From Piromyces finnis finn (lineage: Eukaryota > Fungi > Neocallimastigomycota): a stretch of DNA of 64,000 nt. Below the pieces are notes generated by a model. The model searched no databases, was not told where the DNA came from, and saw only the letters and a program-made list of their open reading frames with translations. Shown here in pieces: positions 52,263 to 64,000 of this stretch. The stretch is from contig MCFH01000001.1 in assembly GCA_002104945.1 (NCBI GenBank), forward strand, positions 2,108,001-2,172,000, written 5' to 3'. Within the stretch, counting starts at the first letter, position 1. Each line of letters opens with the position of its first letter. A program made the translations under genes and the position numbers.

Positions 52263-53443
52263 AACAGTATGATAAGTATACTATTTACTATCATGCTTAA
52301 TTTATATGTATATACATATATATTTTAGAATCAAAATTTAAAACATAAGTAGAAGTAAGGTTTTTTTTACAAAAATTTTAATTTATACATAAAAAGATAA
52401 ACCAAAATATTGACAAATAATATATAGATTTAAAAAAGTATTCTTTTTTTTTTTATTTATTTATTTTATTTATTTAATAATCTTTATTTTTTTGTTTTTT
52501 ATTATTATTTTTTTTTTTTTTTTTTTTTTTTGGTTTAATTTTACAAATTATTTATTGGGGTTTTTTTTTTTTATTTATAATAAAATTTTTTTAAATAAAT
52601 TAATATATAAATATGTTATATATGTATTTAAGATTAAAATAGACAACTTTTAAACTGTATATTTGTTTGGTAAACAACTTTATATATACACATTTTAATC
52701 ATTGTTAATTCTATAATAAAAATACTATACCTTGAAAAGAGATAAAATAATAATGAAATATAATCACTTTAACCTTATTAATACATCATTAATAAAAAAA
52801 ATAAATTTTATCTCTTATTTTCTTATTTTAATATCTATTATTATTGTTATTATTACTTCTATTAAACTTTTAAGAAACAGTAATCTTTAGATGATTTGCC
52901 TTTTAATTATATTTAAATTTTATTAAGTTAATGATTTTTAAATTAACATTATCACTAGATAGTAAATAATAATAGCTCTATTTAATTTTTGTAAAATAAA
53001 AAATATATATATTCTAAGGTATATTACTTATTGAACTGATAAATAATGATTAAACTCTTAAATTAAAACTTTGATAATATATATAATATTAAAACTAAAA
53101 TGATACTTAAATATTTTTCTTGCTTTCTTTTTTTTTTTTTTTTTTTTTGTAATTAATAAGTTGTAGTAAAACTTTTTTTTTTTTCTATATTATTTTTTTT
53201 TACTACTACTAAATTTTGTATTTATGAAGAATTATATATATTTCATTTTTCATTTTTTTTTTTTTTTTTAGATAAAAAAAAATAATAATTTTATTATATT
53301 TTTAAATCTTTAAAGTCTATATTTAAATTGTTTAAAAAAAAATGGGTATAAAAATATATATAGTTTTTTTTTTTTCAGTTATTTATGTTATAATTTTTGA
53401 AAGCGATTTTTTGATAAATTCTATATATATATGTGATATTTGC

Positions 53444-54405
53444 TTAATGGAATATACGATCTCTAAATACTGTAAATAATGTAACAATAATGCCAATAAT
53501 TACAATAAATGATACAACAGTAGCATAACGATTTATTTTTCTCCATTTAAATTCCTTTTCTGTTATTGGATGTAATGGAATGATTGAAGCAAACCACCAA
53601 AATGGGAATAATACAAACCTATTTATACATTTAAGAAAATATTCCAAAATGAAATAAAATGATTATTATTAATTTTTCCTAAAAAAAAAAATCAATAAAT
53701 CATATTAATTAAATTTATATTATTGCATACCCTATTATAAAAAATATCATTCCAGGTACTAAGCATTCTTTGTTATTATCTACTATATAAGCATTGGCAT
53801 TTTCTTCAGCTGTTGGAAGGGTATACATCATTTTATTTTTTGTAGTAGTTGTATTTGTTGTAGTCATTGGGGGTGATTGAAAAGAAGACAATATACGTGA
53901 ATTAGAAGCTTCTGAAAAACCATATGATCTTGGTGGTTTTGGAATTCTAAAAAAATTTACAAAACTCTTTTCACTCTTTGAGTAATTTGAATTAAATTGT
54001 GATGAAACAACTGACATATTTGTTGAATCTCCACGTCTTACTTGTAAAGCGACTTGGTCATATATATTTCTAACTTCTTCTTCGATTGCACTTGAAGTTG
54101 TGCTATATCTTCTATTATTATTACTACTATATGCTCCAGTAGCCTATTATTATTACATCATATTACATCATTATTATATTATTATCATTTATATATATAT
54201 TTATAATTTAAAATTATTTCATTTAGCATACCAATTCTTTCCAACATTTTTCTAATTGTTGGGACATTTGCCTATTATTCATTGTTGAACCATATGAACT
54301 ACTGTATCCTGGTCTATAACTTGATCCATAATTTGAATCTGAATATATTTGTGGTGGATAACCCAATTTACTTTTATTTTTTGGATAATTTGTACTACTA
54401 CTCAT
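53444..54405 (-). CDS. Uncharacterised membrane protein (253 aa): Ser/Tyr-rich disordered N-terminus, C-terminal hydrophobic hairpin plus TM helix, 3 exons
   Basis: Exons 54232-54405, 53731-54143 and 53444-53618 total 762 nt in frame. C-terminus: 'VPGMIFFIIGFVLFPFWWFASIIPLHPITEKEFKWRKINRYATVVSFIVIIGIIVTLFTVFRDRIFH*'. Confidence 0.75.
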
Positions 54406-54768
54406 CTTAATAATTATTTAATGTTTAATTATTTTTTTATTATTAAATTTATTTTTCTTAAATTAATTATTGTTCAATTTTAACATTTATTAATTAAAAA
54501 AAAAACTTTAAATGGATTTATTAATTTAAAGTTTTTTTTTTCTTTGTAAATAAATAAATAAATAATTGACTTTTCGGTAAAAAGAATATAACTTTTTTTT
54601 AATGTTTTATTTATAATTTGTCTTTTTTTAAATAAATATGAATATATTTATTAGTATTTGTATTTTTTAAGAAGCTTTCCACTTTTTAATTTGATTTCTT
54701 TTATCAATGAATTTTTTAATGGAAAAATTATAGATGAAAAAAAAAAAAAGAAAAAAAGAAAAATTGAC

Positions 54769-54808
<40 letters not shown>

Positions 54809-55867
54809 GATGACGGTTTGTAAAATTCATTCTAATTGAACAAAATAATAATTATTATAATTATTATTATTATTGTTACAATAACCACTTTTTCATAGTT
54901 AATTTAAATTGAAATTATTATATATTGGCAATAGTAATAGAATATATAATAATAATTCTTTTTTAATTATATATAAAACATTCAATATATTAATAATAAA
55001 TTCATTGTTTACATCATTAAAAATTATTTATATTTATTTAATATATTGAATATGTCAATTTATAATTGAGTAACCATTTATTATTATTTAATTATAATAT
55101 ATGAAAATTTATTTAATTTCAAATTATTGTGTAATATTAAAAAAAAAGATTTTAAAAAATTTTTACGGCAAACTTTTAATAATAGGAAGAATAATAAAAT
55201 TTTATTTTATATCAAAAGATTTTTTCAAACTCACTTGATCTAATATCAATTTTAATATAATTTTAAGTATATTATAATATATGTTCTATGATATCATTAA
55301 TATATTTATGATTAATATATAATAATATTTTTATATATTATTATATATCATACTCATCCAAAAAAATTCAATCTAAAAAATATATAAATAAGGTTTTTTA
55401 AACTTTAAATATATTGAAATAGAATATAATATTTTTATATATTAATAGTTTATTTTAAAATAAACTATTTCTATAAAAGGAATTAATCTATAGAATATTT
55501 AAAAATTATAAAAGAAATATATAATAATTAATATATTTTAATTAAATGTAATATATATAATTTAATTTTAATTTTTTAATTATTAGAAATCAAATTGTCA
55601 ACGTTTTTAAAATATAAAAGCATTTTAATAATAATTAATCCATTGATATTATAGAAAAGTGAAAGTGGAGAATGATAAAGGAAAAGAAAGCGCGTAATAA
55701 TCATAATAAATAATAAATTAACGATTGGAAATACACGTCAACAATAACATTCTTAAATAATATTAACAAAAGAAAGAAGGAAAGAATTTTTTTTTTCATC
55801 TTTAGTTTTACTCTAACAGAAATAATCATCAATCAATATTGAATGTAATAAAATCAAACAGAAATAA

Positions 55868-56009
55868 TTGTCTGTAATATAATATTAGTTATGATTAGTT
55901 ATTTTGTCTGTAATATAATATTAGTTATGATTAGTTATTTTGTCTGTAATATAATATTAGTTATGATTAGTTATTTTGTCTGTAATATAATATTAGTTAT
56001 GATTAGTTA
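55868..56009. repeat. 36-bp minisatellite, 4 near-perfect copies, intergenic
   Basis: Unit TTGTCTGTAATATAATATTAGTTATGATTAGTTATT starts at 55868, 55904, 55940 and 55976 with no spacers. Confidence 0.95.
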
Positions 56010-56910
56010 GTTTAACACATTTTAATGTTAAAAGGGAATTTTTGTTAAAATTAGCTTTATTTAATATTTAAAGTATATATCATTTCAATGCTTCCATTTA
56101 TATTTAGTAGAATTTAAGGTATAAAGATTATAATAATTAAATGAATAATTAATAATGATACCGAAAATATTTTGTAAATTAAAAATTCAAAATAATGAAT
56201 ATCTCTTTGATAAAATCAATTATATTTTTTTAAAAAAAAAATAAGTGTATAATGATTATTAACGGTTTTTTTTAAAAAAAAAAAAAAAAAACAGTAGACT
56301 TTAATCGTTAAATATTAAATAATTAACATTTTTATAAAAAAATATATATATAGAAAATAAATTTTAATTATTTTTTTATATAAAGATATTAATAACAATT
56401 TTAGAATAAAATGTTTATAAAGATGATTAAAAAATTACTTTCGTAAAAGAATGTTTTAATGCATAAAAATCAAAGTTGTAGCAATGTATATATAATTTTT
56501 AATAATAATTACTTTTATAGAATAACGAATACTATTGTAATTTCCATTTTCGATAATAACTAGATAAACTATATATAATCCAATAGTCATTACAATTTTA
56601 TAATAATCACATTAAAAATTATTATAAAATAATAATATTATAATATTAATTTAATTTATATCAATTTTGAATTTTTTAAAAGAAAAAAAAATTAATTAAA
56701 GAATGAATTTTAATTAAAATCAATTTTAAAAATAAAAGATAAAGGATAAAATACTTCCTTAACATATTTACTAATTTTAAAGATTATTTTAAATTTTATA
56801 GTTTTTAACTAATAGTTTTCATATATATTTATAATAAAATCAATAGTAATAGTAATAATAATCTTCAAAAGGAAATATTAATAGTTTTTATATAATATTG
56901 ATAAATTATT

Positions 56911-60819
<3,909 letters not shown>

Positions 60820-63800
60820 AATAATAAATTAAGCTTTGTATGATAAATGGTTTTAAATATTATAATATATAATATTTTTTATATTCTAATTTTTTTTTCC
60901 CAAAATATAACATGAAAAAAAGTCTTTTACTATAAAATAGATAATAAAAAAAGATATTTAAAAAGTACATATAAATATGTAAAAAAAAAAAAAAAAGATA
61001 TCGAAAGTAATATTTATAAATTTTATAATAATAAATATTACAAACTATTATCATTATTAAATTAAACATTTTATATATTAGGTATATTTAATTGTTTAAA
61101 ATATTTAGTATTCATTTTCCTTAATATTTTCCTTCGAATTTATTTTTTCTAATATTCTATTTCTTTGTTTATTTCTTTTACATTTTAAAAAAAATGATTT
61201 TTTTTATTATATAGATGACAATATAAAAAATTAATTTATCCTATTTAAATAATATTTAAATAATATATGAAAAGATAATATAAAATTTTATTCAATATAT
61301 TCTAGTATATTAAAATAATTTTCTTTTTAATATATAAATATTATTATATATATAATATTTATATTATCAATATCAATATATAATATATCAATCTGTAAAA
61401 ATGTAATTGATGGATGATACATTATTATCCTATCCATATATAAAAATAAAGAAAAAAACAATGTTATAAAAAAAATAAATAGATAAAAAATACATATAAC
61501 TACAAAAAAAAAAAAAAAAAAAAAAAGAATTGAAATATATTATATATTAAAATAAATATTATTTAATGTGCAATTATATTTTAAATTTAAATATTTTTGA
61601 CAGTATATATTTTAATTGAATTAATAGTTGAATATTAAATTTTATTTTGACATATAATTCTATAACACTTATCAAATTATATATTAAAACAGTCTAAATA
61701 AAATAATAAGTATTCATGGTATGTAGTTTTTGAAATTAGGAAACAACTCTATATATAATATAATAATAATTATATATCTTTTATTGTTATTATTTTTATT
61801 ATATTTACTAGTTAATGGGGTTAGTTAGGGAAGGAAGGTTAAAACTTCAAATGAAAATATAATTTAATTGATATATATATATATATTGGAAAAAAGGATA
61901 TTACTGAACAAAACTATAAATTTATAGTCTTTCATTACAACTTTTTTTATACTTAATATTGATTAATGTTATGTATCCATTAGTTTTTCTTTTTTTTTTT
62001 TTCAATAGCAAGAAAGTTTTTAAAATAAATAAAAATTAATCAAGCATTTTAAAGTTTCAATTCAATTAACTTGCTTTATTTAATGTGAATAATCTCAAAT
62101 AAAAAAATATATTAATTTAATTAAATATTATATATAATATATATATTATAATAATAATATACTAAATTGATTACCAAATTTGTTAAAAATCAATATTTTG
62201 TTAAAAAGTTAAAATTTTATTTAATAATATATTAATATATATATTAATACATTGTTTATAAATCCTTTTTTATTGGCTATTTTTTGAATTATTGTATACA
62301 ATACAGGATAGTAGAAAAAAAATAAATTAATTAAATCGATTATTGAAAGATAAAAAAAAAATCTCTTGTAAGATGGTGGTAGAAAGAATACAATAATAAA
62401 GTATACAAGTATATATAATAATTTAAAAAATTCTCGAAAAAATATTATTTTTACAGAGATGTAGTTAATACAAGGTAAAAAAAAAAAATTATAAATTTTT
62501 TAAAAATATAAAAATTAATTTTTCATACATAATATTTTATATTTTCAAACGTACAACGATCTTTATATTAAAATAATTTCAATTAAATATATTTATTTTA
62601 TGTATAAATTTATTGTTTCTATTTATTAATTGATATATTAAATAAAGCATACATATATTATAATATATTGATTATATATTACTCTTAATATTTGCTTTGT
62701 TTTTTTTTTTTGTTGTAAATTTTTTATCATTATTTATTAGTAGTTATTAAAAAAAATTTTTTATTCTTATTTTATAAAATTATTTATAAAAGAGTAAAGA
62801 TATATAACACCATATAATATAAAATATAAAAATATATAATTAAAATAGAAAAGATTTAAATTTTAATCTTTTTTCTTTTAATATAATATTTAACATATTT
62901 TTATATATGATAATATAATAAAAACTTAATCTTATATTAGAAATTCTTTATTATATAAGAAAAAGTAAATTTAAATATTTTTATTTATTTATTTATTATT
63001 TTAGATTATTACAAAATATCATAAATTTTTTAATCAAAATTAACAATCATTATGAATTGAAAAACAATTAATTTGTTGATATAAAAGGCTATAAATAGTA
63101 TACAGAATAATATACAGAATACTCATTCTAAACAGAAACTTCAATTAATTAAATTATTTTTAATCAATCAATTAACAAAATTTTTTAAGTCTTGAGTATT
63201 AAATGAGTTGTTTATTAATTGGTACACTTTAAATCTAAATATAATACTAAACATTCAAATTAATATAAAAATTTAAAGTGAGAAGAAATAAGTAAATGTA
63301 TAACGAAAATGAAAAATAAATGAAAATTAACAATAAATGTATACAAATGAAATTTAGTAGAAAATTATAACAATAATAAATAATAAATAATTATTAAGCT
63401 ATAAATTCATAATATGCTGAATCAATGAAAATATTAAACACAACTTTGTTTATTATCACCATAATCTGTGAAACTAATAGAAAGGAAATATATAGTATTA
63501 TAAATTTGACGAAATTTCAAAGCCTCTTTATAATAAAAAGAATATTATTATTATTATGATTATTATTATGATTTGATAATTCGATTTTTTGAAAAGAATA
63601 AGTAGATTCTTGATTTTTAATGAATGTTTATAGTCATATAAATTCAAATAATACTATATTTGCGTCATGAATATTATTTCTTTTTTCAATATATTAATAA
63701 TATTGGTATTTTAAAAAAAAAATTCAAAAAGGTCATACAAAATTTTTATATAATGAAACAATATGGATATTATATAATTTAAAATATTTATCAAACACAT

Positions 63801-64000
63801 TCTTTTTCTATAAAAAACAAATTCCATGTTTGTAAAGAAATATAAAAATTAAAATTACAATTGATTCAAAATAAATTTATTCATTTTTAAAAAATTTTTA
63901 AAGTTTAAAACAATAAAATATATTATTATTATAAAAATATTAATAAAATTTTTTTTATATCTTTATAAATAATTAAAGAAAAATAATATTCAACATGACA

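Noticed and set aside
55868-56009. 36-bp repeats as a CRISPR array
   Set aside because: The copies are directly adjacent with no unique spacers, no cas genes are present, and the context is eukaryotic.
61817-61840. GGGGTTAGTTAGGGAAGGAAGG as a telomeric remnant or G-quadruplex
   Set aside because: Only one TTAGGG and too few G3 runs. Not supportable.
61240-64000. Possible gene or transposon remnant in the last 2.8 kb
   Set aside because: No ORF of 60 aa or more, no terminal repeats and no recognisable motif on either strand.

Overview
Extremely AT-rich, intron-rich eukaryotic DNA, most consistent with an anaerobic gut fungus (Neocallimastigomycota). This is inferred from the base composition, the flagellar genes IFT88 and ODA-DC2 sitting beside fungal-type housekeeping genes, and giant ankyrin genes. 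Manual splicing gives 14 gene models: RasGAP (5'-partial), IFT88, an unknown ~95-aa protein, RPN11, PWP2, CTU1/NCS6, an N4BP2L-like P-loop kinase with a Pro/Arg/Tyr/Gly tail, carboxypeptidase Y, two tandem intronless ~1270-aa ankyrin proteins, ODA-DC2/CCDC114, a DUF4286-like protein, a long-tailed myosin I, a small membrane protein and AVL9. No rRNA, tRNA, CRISPR or transposase was seen. Best observations: (1) the myosin I reading frame appears to need a single-nucleotide exon (G at 48277, AG|G|GTAAGT); (2) the two ankyrin paralogs are diverged but share a 413-bp identical block and a 375-bp near-identical block, suggesting patchwork gene conversion; (3) a 31-nt microexon joins a polynucleotide-kinase-like domain to a ~290-aa low-complexity tail. 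All exon coordinates were read by hand and need RNA-seq confirmation.
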